Part shown: positions 54,024 through 63,660 of the stretch, one piece after another | Position numbering within the stretch: the first letter of the stretch is position 1 | Layout: every line of letters starts with the position of its first letter | DNA from: Candidatus Gastranaerophilales bacterium | GTDB taxonomy: Bacteria > Cyanobacteriota > Vampirovibrionia > Gastranaerophilales > Gastranaerophilaceae | Assembly: GCA_944325315.1 (NCBI GenBank) | Contig: CALVAA010000008.1 | Span: 22,874-86,873 of the forward strand | Direction of reading: 5' to 3' | DNA: 64,000 nt | Position numbers and translations under genes: made by a program | Notes under the pieces: model-generated | Told to the model about the DNA's origin: nothing | The model's database searches: none | What the model saw: the letters and a program-made list of their open reading frames with translations, nothing else

Positions 54024-56666
54024 CTATTTAGACTCTCTTACAATCGTATAGATGTATGGCTTTGTAAAATATTTATTTGCAACTTCCAAAATATCCCCTT
54101 GACTTACTTCAGATATTAACTTTTTATATTCGTCAAGCGCATTTAACTTGTAGCCCAATGTACTATACCAATTCATTACCGTTGCTTCATCCATATTTGT
54201 TTCAAGAGATAATACAAATTTTGCAAGAATTTTATCTTTTGCATCATTTAATTCTTTTGTTGTTACCATCTCCTTTTTAATTATTTCAATCTCATTAAGC
54301 AAACCGTCTTTTGCCTGTTGAATACTGTTTGCATTTGTGCCTATATATGTTACAAAAGCTCCGTCCAAAACATTAGCTATAACACTTGAACCTACAGTAT
54401 AAGCAAGGGATTGTTGTTCTCTTAGATTAACGAATAACCTGCTTGACATGCCGTCTCCCAAAATAGCGTCGATAACTGTTAATACGGCAATATCTTTTCT
54501 GTTTGTTATAGGACAAGTCTTGTATCCTAATGCCATCCAATTTGCCTGGACTTCGTTTTTATATAAAGTTGTTTCAATATTTTTTGAAGGATGATAAGGT
54601 ATATATTTTACGTCACTAAAGCTGAAACGCTCTCCTTTTGGATTCTTTTTAATAATTTCATTCAATTTATATTGAATATAATTTTCATCAATATCACCTA
54701 CAACAGAAATATACATGTTTTGAGGATTTATTATTTTACGGTAAAATTCGACAACATCACCCCTAGTGACTTTATTTATATTATTTAAAATGAAAGTTGA
54801 ATTTTGTCCGTATATAGAATTTAAAAATGCTAATTTTTTAAACTCATCAAATACATAACTTGCGGGGTTGTCGGATACTGTTCTTAGCTCTTGAATTTTG
54901 CGATTGCGCACTTTATCTATTTCATATTCCGAAAACACGGGGTTGTTTAAAACCTCATTAAGCGCAATTAATGCTTTATCTAAATTGTCTTTTGTTGATT
55001 GAATAACAATTGAAAAAACATCGCTTGTTGATGATACTGCAAGTTTTATTGCATTTTCGTCTAAAAACTGCGCAAATTGTGCATCTGTAAAGTTTTTTGT
55101 GCCTCTTTGTGCGCTAAGTGCCGCCAAAAGAGCTGTGGTTGGCTTTTTTTCCAAGGCTTTAGAGCCTTTTATTGTAATATCTATTGCAACTATTGCATTG
55201 GTGGTTTTCTTTTTTGTAATCAAAGTAGCACCGTTGGCTAAAAGCGTTTTCGTTGTGTTGTCTTGTTTTTCTAAAACTTTATTTGCAACAGCCGTTTTCT
55301 TATTTTCAACATTGGATACCTCCTTAAATGCAGCAGGACGTACCGTTGAAATTGCGTATTTATCTAAAATCAGATATTTTTTGGCAACTGAAACAACATC
55401 TTCTTTTGTAACTTTTTCAATATTTTTTAAATAGTTTTCATAATAATTTTCATTATTTGAAAAAGTAAAGTCATAGCCTAAATCATCACTAATATTGGAA
55501 ATAGATTCTCTTGCATAGTATGTGTCTGTTTTTATTTGATTTTTTGCTTTATTAACTGTGGCTGCATCAAACTCACCTTCTTCAACCAACTTAAGCTCAT
55601 CAACAACCGCTTTTTCAAATTCCTTTTCTTTTTGCGGCTCAAATGTTCCGTATATATAGAACATGCCTGAATCTTTCTGAGAATAATTACCTGCACTTAT
55701 TGATAAAACAACATTTTTTTCTTCTTTTAGTTTTTGATTCAGAATTGAACTTTTGCCGCTTGTAAGCATTGTAGCTAAAACATCAAGTGCATAATTATCT
55801 TTTTCGTCTGAAAATTTAGGAGCAAAAAAAGCTATCATTGTATGGGTTTTATTTATGTCCATTGTATCCGATATTCTTTCGATTTTATTTAAAGGTTTAA
55901 CAGTCGGATACTTAACTTTTTTTTGTTTTCTTTTTTTTGTAGTGCCAAAAGCATTTTGGACTTTTTGAAGCGCAAGGTCTTTATCAACATCGCCCACAAT
56001 AACCGTTGTGTAACTATCCGGTGTATAAAATTTATTATAATAATCTAAAATTTCCTCTCTTGTTACTGTTTCAATAACTTCTTTTTTACCTATGACAGGC
56101 CTTTTGTAAGGATGGTTGGATTTTGAATACAATAAAGTATACAAGTTGTCAAAAAGCCTGTTTACGGGGCTATCTTTACATTTAGATATTTCTTCTATTA
56201 CAACTCCTCTTTCTCTTTCAAGCTCTTTTCTCGGTATTAAAGGGTTAGTTAACATATCAGCGTGAATATCAAGCGCAAGGTCAAAGTCTTTTGAAGGAAG
56301 CTGAATGTAATAGTGGGTAAAATCTTTACTTGTTCCCGCATTAACTATAGCGCCTTTTGAATCCAATATTTTATCAGCAGTGCCTGTCGGGTATTTTGTT
56401 GTTCCTTTAAAAAACAGGTGCTCTAAAAAATGGCTTATTCCTGATGTTTTATCGTCTTCATTAATTGAGCCTGTATTAATCCAGGTATCAATTTTTACAA
56501 TAGGGTTATCTTTAACTTCTTTTATAATTACTTTTTGGCCTGAAGGTAATACATTAACACTCATTCCATCTTCAAGCGCAAAAACACTTGTCATACTTAG
56601 TGTTAGAGCAATAAGCGCTGTATAAAAAATTTTTTTCATTTTATCCTCAAAACTTATTATTAACAT
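54024..56666 (-). CDS. M16-family zinc peptidase, tandem (PqqL-like) two-unit form, secreted
   Basis: A signal peptide and the HFLEHLFFKGT (HxxEH) motif are present. The 880-aa length corresponds to two M16 active/inactive domain pairs. Confidence 0.85.
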   Translation of the reverse strand: MLIISFEDKMKKIFYTALIALTLSMTSVFALEDGMSVNVLPSGQKVIIKEVKDNPIVKIDTWINTGSINEDDKTSGISHFLEHLFFKGTTKYPTGTADKILDSKGAIVNAGTSKDFTHYYIQLPSKDFDLALDIHADMLTNPLIPRKELERERGVVIEEISKCKDSPVNRLFDNLYTLLYSKSNHPYKRPVIGKKEVIETVTREEILDYYNKFYTPDSYTTVIVGDVDKDLALQKVQNAFGTTKKRKQKKVKYPTVKPLNKIERISDTMDINKTHTMIAFFAPKFSDEKDNYALDVLATMLTSGKSSILNQKLKEEKNVVLSISAGNYSQKDSGMFYIYGTFEPQKEKEFEKAVVDELKLVEEGEFDAATVNKAKNQIKTDTYYARESISNISDDLGYDFTFSNNENYYENYLKNIEKVTKEDVVSVAKKYLILDKYAISTVRPAAFKEVSNVENKKTAVANKVLEKQDNTTKTLLANGATLITKKKTTNAIVAIDITIKGSKALEKKPTTALLAALSAQRGTKNFTDAQFAQFLDENAIKLAVSSTSDVFSIVIQSTKDNLDKALIALNEVLNNPVFSEYEIDKVRNRKIQELRTVSDNPASYVFDEFKKLAFLNSIYGQNSTFILNNINKVTRGDVVEFYRKIINPQNMYISVVGDIDENYIQYKLNEIIKKNPKGERFSFSDVKYIPYHPSKNIETTLYKNEVQANWMALGYKTCPITNRKDIAVLTVIDAILGDGMSSRLFVNLREQQSLAYTVGSSVIANVLDGAFVTYIGTNANSIQQAKDGLLNEIEIIKKEMVTTKELNDAKDKILAKFVLSLETNMDEATVMNWYSTLGYKLNALDEYKKLISEVSQGDILEVANKYFTKPYIYTIVRESK

Positions 56667-56716
56667 TCAATTTTAACATTTTTTAAAATTAATGTCACCT
56701 AAACCCTTGGGTAAAA

Positions 56717-57838
56717 TTATAATGTTTTATCAACAACTTTTAATTCACAACACATCTGGCAAGAAGAAAAAACTTTTGATCGCTTTAAGTGTTGCCTAAA
56801 GCAACGATATTTTTTATCGTTTAAAATCTCTTTTATGGAATTTTCTTTAACATTACCCATTTTACAAGAAAGACAAGGATAAACGTCTCCGCTTGGATTA
56901 ATAATTATATTCGAATAAGGATACAGGCACGGTTTATAAATATCTTTTACGGGCAAATCATTATATTTTGTAAAAAACTTTTTAATTAAATTAATTTCTT
57001 TTTTAGGGTCTTTATTGTCGAACTTTGGAGCAAATCTGATTTGGGTTTTAGAATATTTTTTCATTTTTTCCATTTCCAAATAAACCCTTTCAAATTCATC
57101 CAGGTCAAAATATTTTTCAATAGGATAATTTGGAATATAAAAATCTTTTACAAAAGAATTATACAATTTTGAATTTTGCTTCATATTATTATTTCTCAAA
57201 AAAGATATTGAAAAAAAGTCAAATCCTTTATTGGTAGCATACTGATAAAGTTTTACAATATCTTCAAGATTGTCCTTTAATACAATTGTTTTTATATCAA
57301 TCAATAATTTAGATTTTTCTTTTTTAACCCTTTGAGAGAGATTTTCCAAATTGTTTATAATTTTATCAAATATGCCTTCTTTACCTCTGTATTTATCGTG
57401 GTTTTTTCCCCAGCCGTCTATTGAAACGCTCAAAAGAAGCATTTTTGAATCTATTATTGCATCAATTATTTCATCATTGAGCAACAGTCCGTTTGTAACT
57501 AAATTAACTTTTCCTAAGGTTTTTTCGGCCGCAAGATATAATATATCTCTAAAGTCTTCTCTGATTAAGGGTTCTCCGCCAACAATGGTAATAAAAGCCC
57601 AAAAAGGAATTTGGTTTATAACATCTTGCCATTGCCTTGTTGTTAATTCATCTTTCAACCTATCCGAACCGATATAACAGTACTGGCAATTTAAATTACA
57701 AAGATGAGTTAACTCTAAAAAATATCTAACGGGAGGAAAAAAAATACCTCTTTTTTCAATAAAATCAGAACAATTTATTCTTGCATAAGAATTTCTTATA
57801 AAATCAAATATTTCGGATTTGTTTATAAAGCTGTTCAA
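56717..57838 (-). CDS. radical SAM protein with C-terminal SPASM/twitch-like Cys cluster
   Basis: Contains CNLNCQYCY (CxxxCxxC) and GGEPL. C-terminal cysteines occur at CLYPYSNIIINPSGDVYPCLSC...C...CQMCC. Confidence 0.8.
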   Translation of the reverse strand: MNSFINKSEIFDFIRNSYARINCSDFIEKRGIFFPPVRYFLELTHLCNLNCQYCYIGSDRLKDELTTRQWQDVINQIPFWAFITIVGGEPLIREDFRDILYLAAEKTLGKVNLVTNGLLLNDEIIDAIIDSKMLLLSVSIDGWGKNHDKYRGKEGIFDKIINNLENLSQRVKKEKSKLLIDIKTIVLKDNLEDIVKLYQYATNKGFDFFSISFLRNNNMKQNSKLYNSFVKDFYIPNYPIEKYFDLDEFERVYLEMEKMKKYSKTQIRFAPKFDNKDPKKEINLIKKFFTKYNDLPVKDIYKPCLYPYSNIIINPSGDVYPCLSCKMGNVKENSIKEILNDKKYRCFRQHLKRSKVFSSCQMCCELKVVDKTL

Positions 57839-57854
57839 TAATTCTCCGTTTTGA

Positions 57855-58205
57855 TTAAAATGGTTTAGTTTGTGATAATCTGTTTCTCAATTGTCTGAAT
57901 TTTGCAATATCTTCTTGTGCTTTAGAACTTTCTTTAAACAAAGTTTGAGAAGCAGGATGCATTATTATAATAGAATCAATATGTATTTCTAAAAAATCAT
58001 ACCTTTTAGGAGTACCGATTGAGCCTTGTGGCATAATTTCAGCATTCACAACCGCCAAAAATCTTCTTTCTTTATCATTCAAAAGTTCCGTTAATTCACG
58101 ATTTGATTTTGCAATTTTAGACACATAAACCGTTCCTTTAATCTCATGGTCTTTTGTAATTATGCAAACTTCAACGGGTGCTGTATCTGATGGTTGTTTT
58201 GTCAT
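57855..58205 (-). CDS. hypothetical protein (116 aa)
   Basis: AGGAG lies 8 nt upstream of the ATG. The gene ends 16 nt before the radical SAM gene on the same strand. I recognise no domain. Confidence 0.55.
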   Translation of the reverse strand: MTKQPSDTAPVEVCIITKDHEIKGTVYVSKIAKSNRELTELLNDKERRFLAVVNAEIMPQGSIGTPKRYDFLEIHIDSIIIMHPASQTLFKESSKAQEDIAKFRQLRNRLSQTKPF

Positions 58206-58393
58206 TTATTTACTCCTATTTTTAAAAATATTATATATTATTTTTTGAATTATTACCACATTTTTGTGTTAAAATAATATTGCCACACTTCACGGGGGGT
58301 TGCTTCTCCTTGACCGAAAGCTTATGTCGGGTGCAGAGTATATCGTGAGGCAATTTCATTTGTAGTTTGAAAATTAAAAAATTGTTGATAATT

Positions 58394-58482
58394 TAAGTTT
58401 TTACGGCGTTCCATTGCCCCAACCCGGTCAGGATGGAAACATAGCAGCCGTAAGGCAAATGAAACGGGTGTGAAAACTTATT
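58394..58482 (+). ncRNA. ffs: signal recognition particle RNA (4.5S/ffs core S domain); may extend to about 58282-58540
   Basis: GGUCAGG-AUG-GAAA-CAU-AGCAGCC matches the universal SRP helix 8 (E. coli: GGUCAGG-UCC-GGAA-GGA-AGCAGCC), with the CAGG/AGCA symmetric loop and a GNRA tetraloop. Two flanking helices close it: CGUUCCAUUGCC/GGCAAAUGAAACG and UAAGUUUU/AAAACUUA. Confidence 0.8.
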
Positions 58483-58545
58483 TAGGAGATTTTTTAGTCG
58501 TAAAATTATTTTTGTATTGTCGATAGATATAGTGTGGCTTTTATA

Positions 58546-60066
58546 TTATTTAAAGCTTCTTAATTGAAGCGCCTGTGCAATATGAGATATTGTAATATCT
58601 TCTTCCTTGGCTAAATCTGCTATTGTTCTTGAAATTTTTAAAAGTCTGTCGTAGGCTCTTGCAGACAAATTAAACTGATTTATAGCATTTTTTAAAAAAT
58701 TTTTTGAAGCTTCATCTAATTTGCAGTACTTTTTAATTAATTTTGCATTTAATTCCGAATTTACCAAAATTCCTTCGTTTTTATATCTTTCAGCCTGAAT
58801 TAATCTTGCTTCCGTTACCCTTTTTCTGATTTGTTGAGAACTTTCTTGTTTTTCCGTGTCCGATAAAAGCTCATTTTCATCTAATCTTTGAACTTTAATT
58901 TGAATATCAATTCTGTCTAATAATGGTCCTGAAAGTCTTGATATGTAACGACTAATTTGATATTCGCTGCAAGTACAATTTTTCTTTAAATCACCTAAAA
59001 AACCGCAAGGGCATGGATTCATCGCTCCGATTAAAATAAAATTAGCGGGATATGTTATACTTGTTTGTGCTCTTGAAATAGTTACAACATTATCTTCTAA
59101 AGGTTGTCTTAAAACTTCAAGGGTTTGTCTTGGAAATTCAACCATTTCATCCAAAAATAATACACCTCTGTGTGCTAAAGTAATTTCTCCGGGCTTTGGA
59201 TTAGATCCGCCCCCAATTATTCCGACAGCACTTGCACTATGGTGGGGAGAACGAAAAGGACGAGAGGTTATGAGAGGGTTTTTTCTATCTAAAAGACCTG
59301 AAATGGAATAGATTTTTGTAAGCTCTATTGCCTCTTTTTTGTTTAATGGCGGCAAAATTGACATAAAAGCTCTTGCAAGCATTGTTTTACCCGAACCGGG
59401 AGAACCGGACATTAAAACATTATGCGCTCCGGCTGCTGCAATTTCTAAAGCCCTCTTTGCCTGCATTTGTCCTTTGACATTAGAAAAATCTATCGGAAAA
59501 TCATTTTTGCAAGAAAGATAGTCTTCAATATTTTGCCTTAATTTTTTTAAATTAGAATTTTGATTTAAATATTCAACAACCTGAGATAAATTATCAGCTC
59601 CCAGAGATTCAATATTATCTATAAAGCTTGCTTCTTTTAAATTCTCACTCGGAATAATAACTTTTTTTATACCCAATTCTTCTAAACCGCATACGATTGG
59701 TAAAATCCCGTTTACAGGTCTTAAAGTACCGTCCAGGGAAAGCTCTCCGATAAAGGCTGTATGTTTATTATCAAAATCTTTGATAACTCCTTCTTTTGCT
59801 AAAATTCCAACCGCCATTGCTAAATCATAAGAAGAACCTTCTTTTTTTAAATCCGCAGGGGCAAGATTAACCACAACCTTTGTTTGCGGAAATGCGTATG
59901 ATGAATTTTTTATTGCAAGTCGTAATCTTTCCTTTGCTTCGGAAATCGCAGCATCAGGCAAACCGATAATTGTAACCTGCGGAATAGAATTTATTGTATC
60001 TACTTCAATATTTATTTCATATACATCCAAGCCAACGATTGTAGCGCTTTTAATTCCGACAACCAA
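58546..60066 (-). CDS. comM: YifB/ComM-family Mg-chelatase-like AAA+ ATPase
   Basis: A Lon-protease-like N-terminus is present (DLAMAVGILA). Walker A is GSPGSGKTMLA and Walker B is VLFLDE. The motif RISGPLLDRIDI and a C-terminal ChlI-like helix are also present. Confidence 0.9.
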   Translation of the reverse strand: MVVGIKSATIVGLDVYEINIEVDTINSIPQVTIIGLPDAAISEAKERLRLAIKNSSYAFPQTKVVVNLAPADLKKEGSSYDLAMAVGILAKEGVIKDFDNKHTAFIGELSLDGTLRPVNGILPIVCGLEELGIKKVIIPSENLKEASFIDNIESLGADNLSQVVEYLNQNSNLKKLRQNIEDYLSCKNDFPIDFSNVKGQMQAKRALEIAAAGAHNVLMSGSPGSGKTMLARAFMSILPPLNKKEAIELTKIYSISGLLDRKNPLITSRPFRSPHHSASAVGIIGGGSNPKPGEITLAHRGVLFLDEMVEFPRQTLEVLRQPLEDNVVTISRAQTSITYPANFILIGAMNPCPCGFLGDLKKNCTCSEYQISRYISRLSGPLLDRIDIQIKVQRLDENELLSDTEKQESSQQIRKRVTEARLIQAERYKNEGILVNSELNAKLIKKYCKLDEASKNFLKNAINQFNLSARAYDRLLKISRTIADLAKEEDITISHIAQALQLRSFK

Positions 60067-60067
60067 C

Positions 60068-61702
60068 TTATATTTCCTCGCTTAGTGTATTTGGTATAAG
60101 TTTTAATAGTTTAATATTTGCCACTTCAAAATTCGGGTTTAAATTAAGTGCATTTTTATAAAACTGAATGGCATCATTTCTTTTATTTGCAGCCTGGTTA
60201 TATAAACCGCAAAGATAGTAGTAATAATAATTTTTTTCCAAAGTAAAGCTTGCAACCTGGATTAGACCTTTTGCCGCTATAAAATTTTTATTTTTTAAAT
60301 TCAATTGAATGAGTTCTCCTAAAGCATTTTCATACAGAGGATTTACCATCAAAGAACGTTTCAGGAAATCTTCTTTTAAAACATCGTTTTTTGCTGCAAT
60401 ACTTATTGCGCTTTTATAGTATGAAAGGTAATCACCTTTCGGCATTTTATCGAGCAATGTTTCAAGTTTTTTTAATTCTTTAGGATTTTTTGCATATTGT
60501 CTTTGGGCATTTGAAAGCTTTAAGACTATCTCATAGTTATCTTTATCCATTTTGTGGGCTTTTTTATACATTTTAACAGAATTTTTATAATCACCATGGA
60601 TATAACGAATGTCTCCTAAACCAATAATAGTGTCTATGTTGTTTTTATCCAGTTTATAAGAATTTACAAAATAATTGTTTGCTCTTTCAACATTTCCCAA
60701 AGCAAGTTCGCTTTTTGCATATAAGGACAAAATTTTTGCGTTGTCTTTGTCAAAATTTAAAATATTTTGACAATCTTTTTTTGTTTTTTCAAAATTTCCT
60801 TCAAGGAAACTTCTATTTGCAATATAGTATTTTTTTTCTTTGTCATTTTTTGTAGTATGAGCTAAGATGGTTTGGATTAAAATTTCCAGTTGCGGTTTTT
60901 TGAAGATTATATTTTTGTTTTTTTCTAATTTTTCAACAACCGATTTAGCTTCTTTATATTTTCCGGATGCAATTAAACAGTCTGTTTTTAAAATTTTATA
61001 TGAAATATTTTCAGGGTTAGCTGAAATTGCCTTATTAATTGCGCTTAAAGCATTATTGTACTGTTTCGCTTCTAAATATGCTCTTGATAGAGTGTAGTTA
61101 TAAAAGTCGTTCTTGTCGTATAAATCTTTTTTATTGCTTAGCTCAATAGCGCTTTCATAAGCATTATTGTCAAAATATATATCAGAATATATTTTTGCAA
61201 AGTATATTTCGTCATCTATATTTAAATTTGCTTTTGGCTTAAAAGTTTTTTCAAGGTCGTTTATATTGTCAAAAAATTGATTTTTATAAACAATTTTTTC
61301 TATTGCTTTATCTCCGAGAGAAAAAAGCCCGATTTCGTAAAATACTTTTGACAAAGTAAGCAAGGAAACATCATTTTCCGTTTTATCAATTAATTTATCA
61401 TACTCGCTATATGCCGCTGTAGCATTGCCTTGATTAAATTTAGACGAAGCCCGGACAAAATCTTTCCTTAAAAAATTTTTTTCATCATTTTCCTGCTCGC
61501 TGCTCTTTTCATTGGTAAATATGGTATCAACAATATTTGCAAGATTAAAATAACTGTTATTTGGATTTGTTTTAGGCGTATTATGAATTTCAAAAGCGTT
61601 TTCGGGCATCAAAAGACTGTCGTTTTCAACTGCTTGAAGCGGATTTAGTGCGCAAAGCGCAAAAAACAAAGATAAAATTATACTTTTCTTTATTTTTTTC
61701 AT
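60068..61702 (-). CDS. secreted TPR-repeat protein
   Basis: A signal peptide (MKKIKKSIILSLFFALCALNPLQA) is followed by many TPR-like units (AxxxYxKAIxxNPxN). Confidence 0.7.
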   Translation of the reverse strand: MKKIKKSIILSLFFALCALNPLQAVENDSLLMPENAFEIHNTPKTNPNNSYFNLANIVDTIFTNEKSSEQENDEKNFLRKDFVRASSKFNQGNATAAYSEYDKLIDKTENDVSLLTLSKVFYEIGLFSLGDKAIEKIVYKNQFFDNINDLEKTFKPKANLNIDDEIYFAKIYSDIYFDNNAYESAIELSNKKDLYDKNDFYNYTLSRAYLEAKQYNNALSAINKAISANPENISYKILKTDCLIASGKYKEAKSVVEKLEKNKNIIFKKPQLEILIQTILAHTTKNDKEKKYYIANRSFLEGNFEKTKKDCQNILNFDKDNAKILSLYAKSELALGNVERANNYFVNSYKLDKNNIDTIIGLGDIRYIHGDYKNSVKMYKKAHKMDKDNYEIVLKLSNAQRQYAKNPKELKKLETLLDKMPKGDYLSYYKSAISIAAKNDVLKEDFLKRSLMVNPLYENALGELIQLNLKNKNFIAAKGLIQVASFTLEKNYYYYYLCGLYNQAANKRNDAIQFYKNALNLNPNFEVANIKLLKLIPNTLSEEI

Positions 61703-61707
61703 CTGCT

Positions 61708-63474
61708 TTAACCTTTTGAACTATAGTGATAATATTTATCGAACACTTTAATCAATTTTTTTTCACGTTCGGTGATTGCATTTTCCTCTTTTATTAGAAT
61801 AGCATATAAATCATTTAAATTAAACTCTTTTAATAAAATTTCATCATCTGAAATATTACAATTCAGATCGCTCACAATCACATTCAAAATGTCGTATGTT
61901 GAAATATTCATAAAAGTATTAACGATATTTTCATCAAAATGTTTATTTTTTCCCTGAATCATAATTTCAAGCGCATCTTTTATTTCCATTTTGTCACGAT
62001 AGTGTCTTTTGGATGTGATAGCGTCAAATACGTCCGAAACTGCTAAAATTCTTCCTCCAAGCGGAATTTCTTCTCCTTTTAGTCCTTGAAAATATCCTGT
62101 TCCATCATATTTTTCATGGTGCGTTGAAGCAATTTGAGTTACGTCTTTAAAGTTTTTTGAAATATATACTTTACCTAAAATGTTATGGGTTAATCTAACG
62201 TGTTCTTTGATGTGTTCATATTCTTCTTTGGTTAATTTTCCTTCCTTTTGTAAAACGGAATCTTTAATTCCGATTTTTCCGATATCATGTAACAGTGAAG
62301 CATTTTTGATAATTTCTTTTTCTTCATCTGATAATTTACACTTATCACAAATTAACCCGGCATACATAGTAACTCTTCTGGAATGGCCGGATGTTATTTT
62401 GTCTCTGGCATCAATTGAAGCTGAAAGGGTATCAATGAAACTTGAGAATAGTTCTTTTTGTTCTTCTATTAGTTTTTTTTGTTTGTTAAAAAGATTAGCA
62501 TTTTCTAAGGCAATACCGGCAGATGAGCCTATTGCAATTAAAAGATCTTCATCTTTTTGGCTGAAATCACCGTCGATTTTGTTTAGCACCTGAAAAACAC
62601 CGACTATTTGGTGGGAAAGATTTCTAATCGGCATACAAAGAATATTTCTTGTTTTATACCCTGTTTGAAGATCGATTTCTTTATTAAAGTATTCACTTTC
62701 ATAAGCATTTTTTATATTAACGGTTTCGCCCGTCATTGCAACATGCCCTGCCAAACCCTTATTTTTTGCAAATCTTATTTCCTTAATTTCAAGTCCCAGA
62801 GCAACTTTACTCCAAAGTTCATTGTGTTCATCATCAAGCAAAAAAACCGTGCATCTGTCTGCTTGAAGTGCTTGTTGGATTTGCTGCGCTATAATCGTCA
62901 ACAAGCTATCGATGTTTGTTTCAATTGCTATAGTTCTTCCGACTTGCAAAAGCGCTAAAAGCGCATCGTCTTTAATTTCATTTGGGATAAAAGACGGAGG
63001 AGCGGATGAAATTATTTTTTGTTGATTCTCACTTTCAATTTTTTGACGGTATTTTAATATTGTCTCATCATAATTTTCTTTGCCGCCTGTTTTGATATAA
63101 AGACTTGCCTTGATTAGATTTAAGGCTACTTCTATGTTTTTTTCATAATACTCAATCAGACTCGAGCAAAAAAGATTAATTTTTTGAGCTTCAAGACTAT
63201 TTGATGAATTAGCAAGATATTTTGCATCGTTTAAAAGATTTAAAGTTTGATAATATCTTGCACCTTGTTTGTAGTTGTTCAAAGCAAGATATGACATTGC
63301 TATTGAAACCAAATCGAAAGCTTTAAGAGCAATTGAGGATTTATGGATAGTGTTTAATTCACGATTGTTTAATGGCTTGTCTAAAGCAACATGAGTAAAA
63401 AAAGAGTCCACAAGAAACTCTCTCAATTTGCTATATCCGCAAACATCGTTAATATTTTGAGTTAATTTTGTCAT
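61708..63474 (-). CDS. GAF domain / HD-GYP domain protein (c-di-GMP phosphodiesterase family)
   Basis: Contains a GAF-like segment (DRCTVFLLDDEHNELWSK...MPIRN), the HD motif (LLHDIGKIGI) and HHEKYDGTGYFQGLKGEEIPLGGRILAVSDVFDA (GYP). Confidence 0.85.
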   Translation of the reverse strand: MTKLTQNINDVCGYSKLREFLVDSFFTHVALDKPLNNRELNTIHKSSIALKAFDLVSIAMSYLALNNYKQGARYYQTLNLLNDAKYLANSSNSLEAQKINLFCSSLIEYYEKNIEVALNLIKASLYIKTGGKENYDETILKYRQKIESENQQKIISSAPPSFIPNEIKDDALLALLQVGRTIAIETNIDSLLTIIAQQIQQALQADRCTVFLLDDEHNELWSKVALGLEIKEIRFAKNKGLAGHVAMTGETVNIKNAYESEYFNKEIDLQTGYKTRNILCMPIRNLSHQIVGVFQVLNKIDGDFSQKDEDLLIAIGSSAGIALENANLFNKQKKLIEEQKELFSSFIDTLSASIDARDKITSGHSRRVTMYAGLICDKCKLSDEEKEIIKNASLLHDIGKIGIKDSVLQKEGKLTKEEYEHIKEHVRLTHNILGKVYISKNFKDVTQIASTHHEKYDGTGYFQGLKGEEIPLGGRILAVSDVFDAITSKRHYRDKMEIKDALEIMIQGKNKHFDENIVNTFMNISTYDILNVIVSDLNCNISDDEILLKEFNLNDLYAILIKEENAITEREKKLIKVFDKYYHYSSKG

Positions 63475-63490
63475 ATCTATCCTAATTTAT

Positions 63491-63519
63491 ATTGTAGAAT
63501 TATTGAAAGACAATGTCAA
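63491..63519 (-). promoter_or_regulatory. near-consensus sigma-70 promoter (TTGACA-17-TACAAT) for the GAF/HD-GYP gene
   Basis: On the minus strand, TTGACA lies at 63519-63514 and TACAAT at 63496-63491. The ATG is 16 nt downstream, preceded by TAGGAT. Confidence 0.65.
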
Positions 63520-63534
63520 TTAATACATCATATT

Positions 63535-63558
63535 AAAACCCCGAAATTTCGGGGTTTT
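63535..63558 (-). terminator. rho-independent terminator ending the S1-domain gene transcript
   Basis: AAAACCCCGAAATTTCGGGGTTTT is a perfect 8-bp palindromic stem with U-runs on both strands. Confidence 0.8.
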
Positions 63559-63660
63559 AATATTTATGTTTTCTGCAATCTGGACAAATTGAAATCATAA
63601 CAGATTGTAAATAAGCAACATAATATAATAAAAGCCAATGCTCAACGCAAGCTCGTTATT

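Noticed and set aside
58282-58538. The 8-bp complementarity GCCACACU/AGUGUGGC taken as proof of a long SRP RNA
   Set aside because: An 8-mer match within about 300 nt is expected by chance at appreciable frequency. It is kept only as a hypothesis in the findings, and the annotated feature is restricted to the conserved core.
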